From Octopus sinensis (lineage: Eukaryota), in contig NC_043007.1 in assembly GCF_006345805.1 (NCBI RefSeq), positions 58,776,001 to 58,840,000 of the forward strand: a stretch of 64,000 nucleotides of DNA, read 5' to 3'. The notes beneath the pieces were generated by a model. It made no database searches. It had not been told where the DNA came from and saw nothing but the letters and a program-made list of their open reading frames with translations. A program made the translations under genes and the position numbers. Below, piece by piece: positions 38,870-52,935 of this stretch; position 1 is the first letter of the stretch; every line of letters begins with the position of its first letter.

Positions 38870-40160
38870 TGTGATCTCACTTTAGTTGCCAGGTCTTCTC
38901 AGTATATCTCCAAAGGTCTCGGTTTCCTGTCATTGCCTCTGCGAGGCCCAATGTCTCATCCCATGTCTTCCTGGGTCTATCTCTTCCACAGGTTCCTTCC
39001 TAGTGTATGCATACTGACATTACACATCAGATCACTGATATTACCATACATATCATACTAGCTTCATTTCTTTCAAGCCTACACATGCCCTCAGCAGTTA
39101 TGGCCCATGTTTCACTGCTGTGTAGCATAGCAGATCGCATATATACGTCATACAGTCTACCTTTCATCCTGAGTTAGAGGCCCTTAGTTGCCAACAGAAG
39201 TAGGAGTTCCCTGAACTTTGCCCAGACTATTCTTATTCTAGCTGCTAAACTCTAAGAGCAACCACCCCCACTACAGACTTAGTTGCCTAGGTAGCGGAAA
39301 CTATTAAGTTCTAGTTTCTCCCAGTGGCATGTGATGGAATCTGTTGTCTGTACATCTTCAGTATTTATTGCCCCTGTGCATCTGTCATACACAAAAACTA
39401 TTTTCCCGGTTAAACTTCCTTTGATATTGCTGCACCTCTTATGTGTCCATAGCTTACACCGGGTACATCGTATGGAGTTTCTACATATGCCTTTTCTACA
39501 AATCAAGCAGAGCCATCTACCTGAAGGGGATTGTGGTTTGACAGCCTTCCTACTCACTAAGACTTTGGTTTTTGCTAGGTTGAATCTAAGGCCCTTCAAT
39601 TCTAGACCTTGCTTCCACACCCTAAACTTCATCTCTAGTTCTGGCAGTGACTTGGCTATTAGGACAAGGTCATCAGCATAGAGGAGCTCCCAGGGACAGC
39701 CTGTCTTGAATTCCTCTGTTATTGCCTGGAGGACTATAAGGAATAAGAGGGGTCTGAAGACAGCCTTGGTGAACCCCTACTTCTGCTCGGAATTCTTCAC
39801 TATACACATTGCCAACCCTCACCTTACTGACAGCATCCCTGTACAGGGCTTGTACAGCTCTTACCAACCACTCATCTATCCCCAGTTTCTGCATTGACCA
39901 CCAGATAGGGTATCAGGGGACCATGTCAAAAGCTTTCTTCAAGTCAACAAAAGCAAAGTACAAAGGTTTATCTTTGGCTAGATATTTCTCCTGCAGTTGC
40001 CTTACCAGAAATATAGCATCAGTGGTGCTTCTGTCTGGCACAAAACAAAACTACATCTCGTCTAGGCTAACTCTCTCCCTAATTAGTTGGGCTATGACCC
40101 TCTCTATAACTTTCATCACCTGATCCAATAATTTGATACTCCTATAGTTATTTCTATCTA
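38870..40160 (-). mobile_element. RTE LINE fragment (RT, PHD-like finger, C-terminus)
   Basis: NYRSIKLLDQVMKV, FVDLKKAFD, GVHQG, LLYADDL, CLICRKG...CTRCKLWTHKRC. Confidence 0.9.
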
Positions 40161-40554
40161 ATCATAACGTATATACGCAAACAATTTAAAAGAAGATTGT
40201 CTGGTGTATGTATTAAAGAAATTGCACATCAATCTGATGTAGCTTAATCAAATGTGTGAGTAAACAATAAAAACAAACCTTGGCGAAGCACAAGCTTGAA
40301 TTTGTAATACAGTCAAAAGCCCTCTTAAAAGTGAAGTGGAAACATGCACTATCATTGCAAAGCAAAACAACTGTAACATGCAAAATCAAATTCAAATGTG
40401 ACAGTCAAAACATCTCACACATATGGTACTTTATCAGTTGACATTCTAAACCTTGTGGTCTGCCTGTAGAAATTCTTATATATACATATATATAAATATA
40501 TATATATATACGTTCATTAATATATATGTATGTGTGTTATATATATATATATAT

Positions 40555-40590
<36 letters not shown>

Positions 40591-40592
40591 TA

Positions 40593-42219
40593 CTAGCAGT
40601 ATCGCCCGGCGTTGCTCGGGTTTGTAAGGGAAATAACTATATAAGCATTTTTAGAGAGTTATAGCAAAAAATAGCAAAAAAATGCATTAAAAATGAAAAA
40701 AAAAATTAAGGTAAATTTTTTTTAAATCGTTGACACATCGTAGATATTTTTAGAGAGTTTACTTCCCTTATATAAAAGCGAAAAAATGCATTAAAATGGA
40801 AAAATATGATGGTAAATTTTTTTTAATCGTAGACTCATCGTAGACGCGCGCTAATACCCAGAAGGGCTCGATATGAATCACGACTATAAGATACCCGGTT
40901 TTGGTTTTAAACTGACACCGCAAAATGTGGGAGTAGTTACGAATCTAAATCGTAAGAGACAGACACACAACTTCACTCTTATATAAAGATGCTTTTTTTT
41001 TTCAGTCATAGAGTTAGATTTATGAAGGTCTTCAGTAGAAAATCCTTCGAATTCTGACTCGCTGCTTGATATAATGAAATTCGTACCATTTTTGTCAGAA
41101 TTACAAATTTTGAAAACACAATAGGAACAAATTTCGGAAAAAAATCTCCCATAATTCACGGAATTAAAATTACACTTCGATTTTTGTACAAAACTATAGT
41201 TGAAGTGTTTACGAAGTATAATACGTGTTTTCACGAATGTACTAAAGAGATTTACTCTGATATTCTCATTTAAATATGAATAGGTAAATTCGGGCGGTTT
41301 GGTAACGAAAGGGTTAAACGGATGCATACATTTATTAATCTCTTATTATAATAACTATATATAAGTGTCGTCTGTTTATACATAAATACTGTTTCATACT
41401 GCAATTATATATACATATATCTATATATAATATTATATAATAAAATTATACAGGTAAAATAAAAACCAATTTACCTTTTCTGTATTGTTATAGCAATGTC
41501 CACCGTCCGTGTGTCTTTGCAAAGTTGTGGAATGATAAGTGAGTTGTGTTTTGGTCGCCTTTTTTTACTATAACAAACAAACACGTGTTTGTATGTAGTT
41601 GTTTGAAACGTTTGTGTTTGCCACTCTCATATATGTATGTGTATGCGTGTGTGTGAGGAATGACACAACACACTCACGCACGCACACATGTACATCAATG
41701 CTTTCGGAGTGAAATGTTAAAATATTGAGTTTTCTCGAATTTTGTCTTATTAATGGGGGTGAAATGAAAGAAATATATTATGGCATGACCGAATGGCGTA
41801 CTTTGAAAAATCTTAGGTAAACTCTAATTGAAGAAATTGTGTAAGGAGTAAATCGTTATGTATTTATTTGTTTCTGTTTGCTGTGTTTTTATTTTTTGAG
41901 TAGTGTTTTAAATACTTTCAGTTTAGTCTTCCTCAAATCACTCTGTCGCTATTAATTTCATTTTATTCGTTGCACACTGTGGTGTGTGCGTGTGCGTGTG
42001 GTGTAAACCACATTAGAAAAGCATTTGACATACACACCAGAATGTGAGTTTTCTGTAAATTTGCTTAATTGGAGTTTAATTTTAAAAGCTGGACCTGGCA
42101 TGACCCGATGCATTTACTCTTAAAAATGCTAGAGTAAATGTAATTGAAGAAATCCTATTGTATAGATTTCTATAAGTTACAAAGGGAGGCAGATAAAATC
42201 TGCCTTTTATAATAAGAGA
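40593..42219 (-). mobile_element. Composite non-autonomous Helitron
   Basis: 5' TC start, 3' hairpin cccgagcaacgccggg plus CTAG, A|T insertion, second internal TC start at 40989. Ends shared with 54784-56267. Confidence 0.75.
40992..41317 (-). mobile_element. piggyBac left-end fragment
   Basis: TTAA-CCCTTTCGTTAC terminus followed by acidic SSSESEFEGFSTEDL, typical of piggyBac transposase N-termini. Confidence 0.6.
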
Positions 42220-42243
42220 TATGTGTGTGTATGTATATATATT

Positions 42244-42274
<31 letters not shown>

Positions 42275-42493
42275 TGTAACATATTATTATTAATATAAGG
42301 AAATCAATATTAATAATAATATATTATAAAATATATATAATCACTCGTATTAAATATATAAATAATTTAATAGTATTAATACTTTGATACAATAGAGCAC
42401 TCAATATAAATTCAGCATATAGTATCTCATTGAATATATTTAACTAAAGGTTTATATTATATATAACATATATGTATAAATATGTATTATTTA

Positions 42494-42533
<40 letters not shown>

Positions 42534-42635
42534 ATATATATATATATATAATATATATATATGTATATGTATATATATATACATTAATAATACATATATA
42601 TATATGCTATATATATGTATATGTATATATATATA

Positions 42636-42668
<33 letters not shown>

Positions 42669-42670
42669 AT

Positions 42671-42705
<35 letters not shown>

Positions 42706-42709
42706 GTAC

Positions 42710-42817
<108 letters not shown>

Positions 42818-42818
42818 C

Positions 42819-42856
<38 letters not shown>

Positions 42857-43104
42857 GATTACACGATTACATCACTGTACATAAATCCCCTGAAACTTGT
42901 CTCTGTACACATATATAATCCCCACCCATTACCAAAAGCTGAACAGTTATCTCCCTTACCCACAACAATAACAATAATAATGACAACCAATTACCTCCCT
43001 TTATTTATCTACTTGTGAAGTCATTCACTCGTGAATTTCATCACACACAACATGGACCAAATTTCTTCTTAAGAAAAAATATATATTCAAATGAGTAAAA
43101 CATA

Positions 43105-43139
43105 ATATCATGAATAGCGATAGCGAAACCGGTCGATAT
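43105..43139 (+). ncRNA. Variant minimal HHR with A3-U8 core
   Basis: atatc ATGAATA gc-gata-gc GAAA ccgg TC gatat: 5-bp stem I, palindromic stem III, GUC triplet. Confidence 0.6.
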
Positions 43140-43248
43140 ATAAAATTATATTAAATCTACATAAGTGTGCATATTTTCCTTTTTAATTTCTATATATATA
43201 TATACATATATATTATATATATAGATATTATATAGATATATATATATA

Positions 43249-43334
<86 letters not shown>

Positions 43335-44189
43335 TATATATATATATATATGTATATATATTATGAGACGAAACGTCCAACCTTTTGGTTCGGTGTCTCT
43401 CGCAATGCCATATATGCCTATGAGGATTTACCTCCCCAATGAAGCTCGGTTTTTTCCCAAACTTTTTCTCAAACCTGCTATAATGTAATACATGTCTTTG
43501 GTGTGGTAATTGTACGTGGCTGTTATATCAATTATGCATTGATATAAATTGTTCAATAAAGTCAGAAACATATGTATCGCAAAATCCTTTGCGTCCTGTT
43601 TTTCTTTTGATACATGTATGTATATATATGTATATGCATTTACATATCATATATATAAAATGAAAAATGTTATATATAAAGCTACTATTACAACACATGA
43701 TCTGAAGGTTTCATTATATAGGTTGCATGCACACTCCTCTTAAATTACATTTGAATAATCATAAATCATCTTTTAATGATCTCAGAAAGACAGTAGTACT
43801 AGTTTATCCAAAAAGGTATGGCAACTTAAAAGAAACAACATAAATTTCTCAATTTCTTGGAATATTGTTTCTCCTGCTCTCTCTTATGCGATTAGAAATA
43901 GAACACACTTTTTATGCCTTGAAGAGTCTTATATAATTATGAAAATGAATGGTTCTATCTTAAATTCAAGAGATGAAAGAGTTTTTCTTGTAAACATATC
44001 TCCAAATTACTTTTCATTAACCTTAAATAGTCTTATTGATTACCTCTTTGTCTTATTCTTATTAGTTCTTATTACACTCTTAGGTTATGTGTATGTATGT
44101 ATGCTTGTGTGGGTATGTTTATGCATTTGCACTCGTGTTTTTATATGTATGTATATGTGTGTATGTGTATGTATGTGTATATATATGTA

Positions 44190-44870
44190 CATCATCATCA
44201 TCATCATCGTTTAACATCCATTTTCCATGCTAGCATGGGTTGGATGGTTCGACTGGGGTCTGGGAAGTCTGAAGGCTGCACCAGGCTCCAGTCTGATCTG
44301 GCAGTGTTTCTACAGCTGGATGCCCTTCCTAACACTAACCACTCCATGAATGTAGTGGGTGCTTTTTACGTGCCACTGGCACGGGAGCCAGCCAGGCGAG
44401 GCTGGCAATGGCCATGATCGGTTGGTGCTTTTTACGTGCCACCAGCACGGAAGCCAGTCAAGGCGGCGCTGGCATCGGTCACGTTTGGATGATGCTTTTT
44501 ACGTGCCACTGGCACAGGGATCACAACTACAATTTCCATTGATTTTTGATGTTGATGTACTTGACTCAATAGGTCTCCTCAAGCACAGGGTCAAAACGGT
44601 GTTTCTTTACTTGCTACCTGCACAGGAGTCAGTCCAGCGGCACTGGCAACTGCCGGGTGCCAGTCATAGAATTGATTCAATTTCGATTCCGATTTCACTT
44701 GCCCCTTCGCAAGCAGAGTTTAGTGTCCAATGAAGGAAAGTTGGCATGGGTGCCAGTCGTCGGATGAGGTTCGATTTCGAATTCAATTTCGACTTCACTT
44801 GCCTCAACAGGTTTTCATGTGTCCAAAGAAGGAAAGGCACTGCATCCCTGGCAAAGGCCACTGGATAGAC
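44190..44870 (-). mobile_element. RTE LINE 3' UTR fragment
   Basis: (CAT)n plus RTE terminal sequence and diverged ~60-bp repeats. Confidence 0.85.
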
Positions 44871-45408
44871 TCACATATATTTGTGTGTATGTATGTGTAT
44901 ATATGTGTATGAATACTTATGTATGCATATGTGTATATATATATATTCGCATGTTGGTATGTATGTATGTTTTACTTGTATGTCTTTGTGTTTACGCATG
45001 AATGTTTTTGTCTGTATATACCTGTTTTTGTGTATGGATACATTAACACGCACACATATACGTGTGTATATCTGTGTATATATAGGAGTATTTCTATATG
45101 TTTTTTATGTGTTTTACTTTGGTGTATTTTGCATGCACTTCTGTGTTTTTTGTTTTCTGATTGGATCGATGAGTATATATTATGTGTATATATTATGTGT
45201 ATATATTATGTGTATTTTATGTGTGTACATATTTGCGTGTATGTGTGTATGTGTATATATATATGTGTGTGTGTGTGTGGGTGTGTGTATATTTATTTAT
45301 ATATATGTAGATATGTATATATATATGTGTGTGTACGTGTGTACGTGTGTGTGTGTGTACATGTATGTGAATGTTTATGTTTTATGAATTTGTTTGTAGG
45401 TGTGTGTA

Positions 45409-45441
<33 letters not shown>

Positions 45442-45656
45442 TTGTATATGTATGTGTAGGTATGTATACATTTTTGCATGTATATGTATATGTGTATTTG
45501 GTTGTATATGTGTGGGTGTATGTATGTGTGTATATGTATATACATTTATTTATTTATATTAATATATGTTGTATGTGAATACGTACTGCTTATTTTACTT
45601 GTATCTTCCTTCACACTTGCACCACTGTACGCGTATGTCTGCGTGTATGCACGTTT

Positions 45657-45689
<33 letters not shown>

Positions 45690-46631
45690 CGTGTGTGTGT
45701 GTGTGTGTGTATGTATGTATATGTGTTTGACTGTATATCCTTATGTGTTAAATGTATACGTTTTATAGCAATTTTTCTCCTTCATATATTTGTTTCTTGT
45801 TCCTATTTTTGTTCTGAATGTCTCCCCTACCCCTGCCGGTTTTGTCTGATCGATGTTTTTTCTTTTAAGTTCACTTTGGTTTTTTCTTTGCATTATAACT
45901 CTTTTCAAACATAGTCTTGCCTATCACTTTATAGCCTCGTGTAAAATATATATACATATATTTTTCATTTATCAATATTAATATGTATATGTATAACTCT
46001 CTATGTTTTTTTTCTACTAGTCCACCTGTTACATTATATTCTACTATACAAACATGGCCCTGTTTAGTATACTTTGACTCAACCTGTTACCATTTTTTAA
46101 AATGTACCCATTCGCTTTTCATTCTTATTTTTATGTTATAGTTTACCACACACATAGACATGCATACACATGGATATGTCTGTCTTTTTTTCTCTTTTGT
46201 CTCTCTTACTGTTATTATTACTGTTATTTTCCCCTTTTACAACTTGCTTGTAAATATCTGATTTATTTCATATTACCCCATTTGTATTCTCCCTTATTGT
46301 ATCTTATTTTAATTTACTTTATTTTATTAAACCTTTCTTCATGTCCTTATAAAAATTCCTCACACTCATGAGAATGACAATGCATAAATTTAATTATAAT
46401 TACTATAGTTAAAATTTTTTTTCTTACATCTTTCTATTGTCCTTTGAAACCCGCATATGTATTGAATCCTATTTTGTATTAAATCTAATTTTGATTCAAC
46501 ATCTTTTGTGCCTCCATTTTTCTATAATTGTTTATGGTAATTTTATACCTATAACAATATTTTTCAACAATATATACATATATATACATATATACATATA
46601 CAAACATATATACATATACATATGTGTATAT

Positions 46632-46736
46632 ATCATCATCATCCATCGTTTAACGTCCGCTTTCCATGCTAGCATGGGTTAGACGGTTCAAACTGGCGTC
46701 TGGGAAGCCCGACGGCTGCACCAGGCAGTCAGATCT
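46632..46736 (-). mobile_element. RTE LINE 3' terminal fragment
   Basis: catcatcatc...cgtttaacgtccgctttccatgctagc. Confidence 0.8.
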
Positions 46737-46739
46737 GTA

Positions 46740-46790
<51 letters not shown>

Positions 46791-46842
46791 TATGTATATA
46801 AAATTGATAAAAATAAAATAAAAACATGATGCGAAGGATTCA

Positions 46843-46919
46843 GCGGTACATATGTTTCGGGCCCTTATTAGACAGATTTATAACAATGATAATGTATGTC
46901 TGTGGCCTTCTTCAGCCGC
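46843..46919 (-). ncRNA. Type I hammerhead ribozyme with extended stem II
   Basis: gcgg CTGAAGA a-ggcc-acagac...tctgt...gggccc GAAA catatg TA ccgc. Confidence 0.85.
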
Positions 46920-49079
46920 GCACAACAGCTTCCACAAGGACATGTGTTACATCAAAAATTCTTGGTGGGGATGCAAAATCCTCTCATTCAGTAAGACTAA
47001 TGCGGCAGCAGCATAGAGTTGAAGCGTCCATCTCTTTTTCTCTCAATGTAGAATGAGAAAATTGGATGTTGAGGTAATGTAAATAAATAAATACATATAT
47101 AGAGGTGAAGATGGAGGGGCGAGTGAGTTCGACGAGGGATAAAATGTATAAAAAGTGTAAGTATAGAATAATATAAATGTAGAGGATAAAGGGTTGTAAG
47201 TAGATGTAAAGGGGGTATAAGAAAGAAATATAAAGTAAAATAGAAATAGAAATAAAAGTAAAAAACCTGATAAAAACATGATAAAAGTGTAAAAAGAATG
47301 TAAAGATAAGGATGTATAGAGGTTATGGACCAAGCAGGTGGTCAGGAGATTGATAAAATTAGTTGTAGATTGTCAGTACATCAACAGTTTCGTCTGGGGA
47401 CTTAAGCGTTGTAATCAGAGCTGATGAGCATTAATCTGGTTCCTTGAATTAAATGGACTTCTAGTACATACATATCATCATGATATAATACACCACATAA
47501 CGCGTACATATGCCCTCCAAGCCTATAAGCATCACACGCACTCGCGTGTAAACACGTACATAACACACACGCCACCACACGCACGCGCGTACACACACAT
47601 ACATACAACAGAATATCCGCATATATACACGGACATTACGCGGTACACGCCTCACATGTAATACGCGCCGCCCATCACTACATACACACACGTAATGCCC
47701 ACGCTTCAGGTAGAGTAAAGAAAATTAAAAAAGGATGTGTATGTAAAGAATCCCGTACTCATGTCAATACGCGCACGCCACACACGGCTGTGTGTCCGTA
47801 TGTGCGTGCACATAACACTCATATACAACACAGAGACACACGCGCACATGGGTATAGCTATAAGATATCGAAGTATGCATGTACATATATGGTGCAGCGT
47901 GCATATGTATGTATGCGTATACACACGTACGCGGACGCTCGTATATTCAAAAGGTGGATCCATAGGTAAGTAAATAAACATATATAGAGTGTAAAGCGAT
48001 AGTTAGGGGTAGTAAGGGTAAGAATAAGGGTAGGGTAAAGATTAGAAATAAAAAAATACGTATAAAATAAGAATACAATGTAATAGTTAGAAAATGAAGT
48101 ATAAGAATTATAAAAATTATAAAGAGTTAAGGTAAGGGATGAAAATGAAAATGAGAATGAATGGAAGAGTAGGATAAAAGTAAAATAAAATTAAAAATAA
48201 AAAAAATAAAATAAGATAAAAAATAATTTTGTAAAGTTAAAGTTGTGTGTTAAACGTAGGGGCGGAGGCGGGGGAACTGAAATTGGAAGGGTGGGAAGTG
48301 GAGTTTGGCGGTGTGCGTTCAAACATCTGAGTTAGAAATGTGAAAGGGTATGATATAGGGGATTAAAGAGACTACATAGGGAGGATATGGGTGTAGGCGA
48401 AGAAATATTTAGGGAAAAGAAGTCATATATGGGAGACAAAATTTGTATATATAGGGGGAAAAGCAGGGAACCCTATATGCCACGTACACACACCCACACA
48501 CACACACACACACGCACATGACTATATATGTATATGTACACATACGTACACGTATGTGCACATACATCGCACACCCACACCCATACACATATACACGCAC
48601 ATATAGGAAAGCGGGATGTGCTGAGCCGACAGGTTGCAACCGGGTGGGAGGAAATTGCATGGGGGAGTTGGTATAAGACCTAAGCATGTAGTATTTGAAA
48701 GTTAAATAAGTTTATGTATACAGGATGGTTTGAACTCTGACCTTTTGTTAATAAGATTGTGTTTGTCTTTGAATTTCAAGATGTTAGGAGTTCTACACAG
48801 CATAGTTGGCATCCTGCTCTATTATTTAAATAAGGTGCAGCTGATCCGATGATGGACCATCTGAGTTTGAAGCCTATGCATTTGTCTTTTAATTCCCATA
48901 TTCTTTTAGAGAGGGAGGTGCTGTTAGCCTTATGTCTGTGTCTCAGCGAGACCGGTGGTTGTAGTATCTGGATTTCCAGGAGGTTGAGCAACCAATATAG
49001 GTGAGTGTGTTAACTGAGTACTTCACCTCACATGAGTATATTTACGTTTTTCGCCCTACATGCGCCCTGCAGAGGGAAC

Positions 49080-51131
49080 TTAGCAAAAGTATAAAACTAC
49101 TTCTCGGATAACCTTAAGGAAATTAACTACAAAATCAAGGAAGCTTATGAGCAAATTAGACCTCCTGGACAGAAACAGAACCTATTAAACCACAAGTACC
49201 AAAATTACTATTAAAGACCATAAGAAAGACTTCCCAGATAGTGTAGGAGTACGTTAATCTGTCCGACTAAATCGGATATCGGCCGACTTAGCAAGACCAT
49301 CCTGGACAGGGTGATCCCACACATCAAACCCCACATCCCACTCCAACTAGGAGATTAACACCAACGATTGTGCTAGAATGGTTTAACACTATCAAATAGG
49401 CCCGACTACTCATTCATCCAATTCGAATAGCTAGCTACTTACGCCAGTATTCCCCCATCTTACTTACAAATCCCTTATTTTTGCCCGCAACCTTTCACTC
49501 ATAGACAGAGAAAAATGACATAATTCTATTAGCTAGAAAAACCATAATAGAATTCGACGTAGACTCTGGACCAGATCCATACCCCCGACAATTTCGATGT
49601 GGTATGGGCTCGAGCGATTCAGCTCAGGTGACTGACTTGGTCGGGGCCTACCTGCTCAAGAAGCTTTTCTCCGAGGTACCGGATCTTCAGGGGGGGTCTA
49701 TAAAGAGACGACGCTCTCTTCATATACCCCACAACAATAGGAGTAAACTAGAAAGATATTAGGAAAAGATCAGCTTTTTTTTTCAAATCCTTCAATCTTA
49801 AACTAGAATTTATGACCAATACTAAAATAGTAAACTTCTTAGATGTTACGTTAGATTTGAATAAGCACCTTCACTACCGTATAGGAAAACAGAAAGAAAC
49901 TACCAAATACATCCATACCTCTTCCAACCATCCACCCTGTATAATAGACACCACGGTCCAAGCCATCTCAGACAGACTGACAAAACTATCCTCTAATAGA
50001 GAATTTTCAATAATCAGCACAACACACAACCAGGCTCTCTATAGTGCCGGGTATAACCAGAGAATATCATATGTAGACCACCCGGAGGCGTCCGTCGGCC
50101 ATAAGACTCCCAATTATAATCGAATCAGCACTCACTCACACTAGCGATAATTCTAATTTAAAACTCCAAACAACGTATAGGAAATAGGCGAACTAATAGA
50201 ACAGCACACAATAGTAACCCTCCCGACGAGAGCACAATATAGATCCTATTAGGAGAATAGAAGGGATAATATTAGATTACGCAAATATATATGGTTCAAC
50301 ATACCTTTAACTTAGAAGTTAGGGGTAAGTTATGTAGAGAATATTCTCTATAATTTCCAACAACTTCCCCCACCCACAAGTATAGAAGTATCTTCTCCAA
50401 CAAAACTATTAGGTTTCCTACTCTACCCTGCCCAACAGAGCTGCCTCATAGCTAACATAACTATATAATATTAGAACAGCTAGAATCAAGAGCAAACCAT
50501 AGCGACCAACAGAACCCCCTCATCCAGGACAGTAGACAATATAACCAGACTGGCAGCATACTAACCCAAACAGTTAGTATAACACCCGCCAACACAACAG
50601 AGGAAATCTACACCCATCAACAACCAGGAGGATACCAACACCCCCATTCGTATTGCAACCCATCCGCCTGGATTAGCAGCACACGACCGAACAGTGCCAA
50701 TGCAATGACTGCCCCGATGTGCATCAGAGTGCCCGCTGCAGGGCGCATGTAGGGCGAAAAACGTAATATACTCATGTGAGGTGAGTACTCAGTTTAACAC
50801 ACTCACCTATATTGGTTGCTCAACCTCCTGGAAATCCAGATACTACAACCACCGGTCCTCGCTGAGACACAGACATAAGGCTAACAGCACCTCCCTCTCT
50901 AAAAGAATATGGGAATTAAAAGACAAATGCATAGGCTTCAAACTCAGATGGTCCATCATCGGATCAGCTGCACCTTATTTAAATAATAGAGCAGGTTGCC
51001 AACTATGCTGTGTAGAACTCCTTAACATCTTGAAATTCAAAGACAAACACAATCTTATTAACAAAAGGTCAGAGTTCAAACCATCCTGTATACATAAACT
51101 TATTAATACTTTCAAATACTACAATGCTTAG
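49080..51131 (+). pseudogene. PLE RT plus GIY-YIG ORF with many single-base frameshifts
   Basis: ITIKDHKKDFP, MGSSDSAQVTDLVG, VNFLDVTLDL, YIHTSSNHPP, CPLQGAC...NVIYSCEV...YIGCSTSWKSRYYNH...CQLCCVE. Confidence 0.9.
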
Positions 51132-52935
51132 GTCTTATACCAACTCCCCCATGCAATTTCCTCCACCCGGGCAACCTGTCGGCTCCAGCACATCCCGCTT
51201 TCCTATATGTGCGTGTATATGTGTATGTGTGTGTGTGTGCGTATGTATGTGCACATACGTGTACGTATGTGTACATATACATATATATGTACATGTGCGT
51301 GTGTGTGTGTGTGGGTGTGTGTACGTGCATATAGGGTTCCCTGCATTTTCCCCCTATATATACAAATTTGTCTCCATATACGACTTCTTTTCCCTAAATA
51401 TTTCTTCTCCTACACCCATATCCTCCCTATGTAGTCTCTTTAATCCCCTATATCTATACCCTTTCACATTTCTAACTCAGATGTTGAACGCACACCGCCA
51501 AACTCCACTTCCCACCCTTCCAATTTTCAGTTCCCCCCGCCCGCCCCTACGTTTAACACACAACTTTAAACTTTACAAAATTATATTTTTATCTTATTTT
51601 ATTTTATTTTTACTTTTATTTTTACTTTTATCCTACTTCCATTATTTTAATTTTATTTTTAATTTTATTTTTACTTTTATTCTACTTCCATTTATTCTCA
51701 TTTTTTCATTTTCATCCCTTACCTTAACTCTTATAATTTTTATAATTCTTATACTTCATTTCTAACTATTACATTGTATTTCTTATTTTATACTGTATTT
51801 TTTATTTCTAATCTTTACCCTTACCCTCATTCTTACCCCTAACTTATCGCTTTACACCTCTATATATGTTTATTTACTTACCTATGGATCCACCTTTTGA
51901 ATATACGAGCGTCCGCGTACGTGTGTATACGCATACATACATATGCACGCGCATATATGTACATGCATACTTCGATATCTTATAGCTATACCCATGTGCG
52001 CGTGTGTCTCTGTGTGTGTATATGAGTGTATATGTGCACGCACATACGGACACACAGCCGTGTGTGCGTGCGCGTATTGACATGAGTACGGGATTCTTTA
52101 CATACGTTCTTATACACATCCTTTAATATCTTATACCTGGACCTAGAGGCGTGGGCATATACGTGTGTGTATGTAGTGATGGGCGCGCGTATATACATGT
52201 GAGCGTGTACGCGCGTAATGTCCGTGTATATATGCGGATATTCTGTTGTATGTATGTGTGTGTACGCGCGTGCGTGTGGGTGCGTGTGTGTTTATGTACG
52301 TGTTTACACGCGAGTGCGTGTGTATGCTTATAGGCTTGGAGGCGTATATGTACGCGTGTATGTGGGTGTATATATCCATGATGATATGTATGTACTAGAA
52401 GTCCATTTAATTCAAGGAACCAGATTAAATGCTCATCAGCTCTGATTTACAACGCATTAAGTCCCCAGACGAAACTGTTGATGTACTGACAATTCTACAA
52501 CTAAATTTTATCAATCTCTGACCACCATGCTTGGTCCATAACCTCTATACATCCCTTATCTTTACATTCTTTTACACTTTTATCATGTTTTTATCAGGTT
52601 TTTTTTACTTTTATTTCTATTTCTATTTTTACTTTATATTTCTTTATACCCCCTTTACATCACTTACAACCCTTTATCCTCTACATTTTTATATTATTCT
52701 ATACTTACACTTTTTATACATTTTTTATCCCTCGTCCCGAACTCTCGCCCCTCCATCTTCACCTCTATATATGTATTTATTTATTTACATTACCTCAACA
52801 TCCAATTTTCCTCATTCTACATTGAGAGAAGAAAGAGATGGACGCTTCAACTCTATGCTGCTGCCGCATTATGTCGTACGTGAATGAGAGGATTTGCATC
52901 CCCAACCCCGAATTTATATATATATATATATATAT

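Larger units (their letters stand above)
46800..52915 (+). mobile_element. Penelope-like element 2 with ~2.1-kb inverted arms
   Basis: ~46960-49072 is the reverse complement of ~50735-52912; RT in the spacer; GIY-YIG in both arms; (TA)n flanks. Confidence 0.9.

Noticed and set aside
43362-43382. gacGAAAcgTC possible HHR 3' half
   Set aside because: The 5' core is lost at the (TA)n boundary and cannot be evaluated.
50690-51131. Selenocysteine (in-frame TGA) PLE endonuclease
   Set aside because: Readable Cys positions are TGC/TGT; the disruptions are frameshifts.
52430-52492. HHR-like gtc-ccca-gac-GAAAC (mirror ~47372-47430)
   Set aside because: No NUGANNA core upstream of stem II in either arm.
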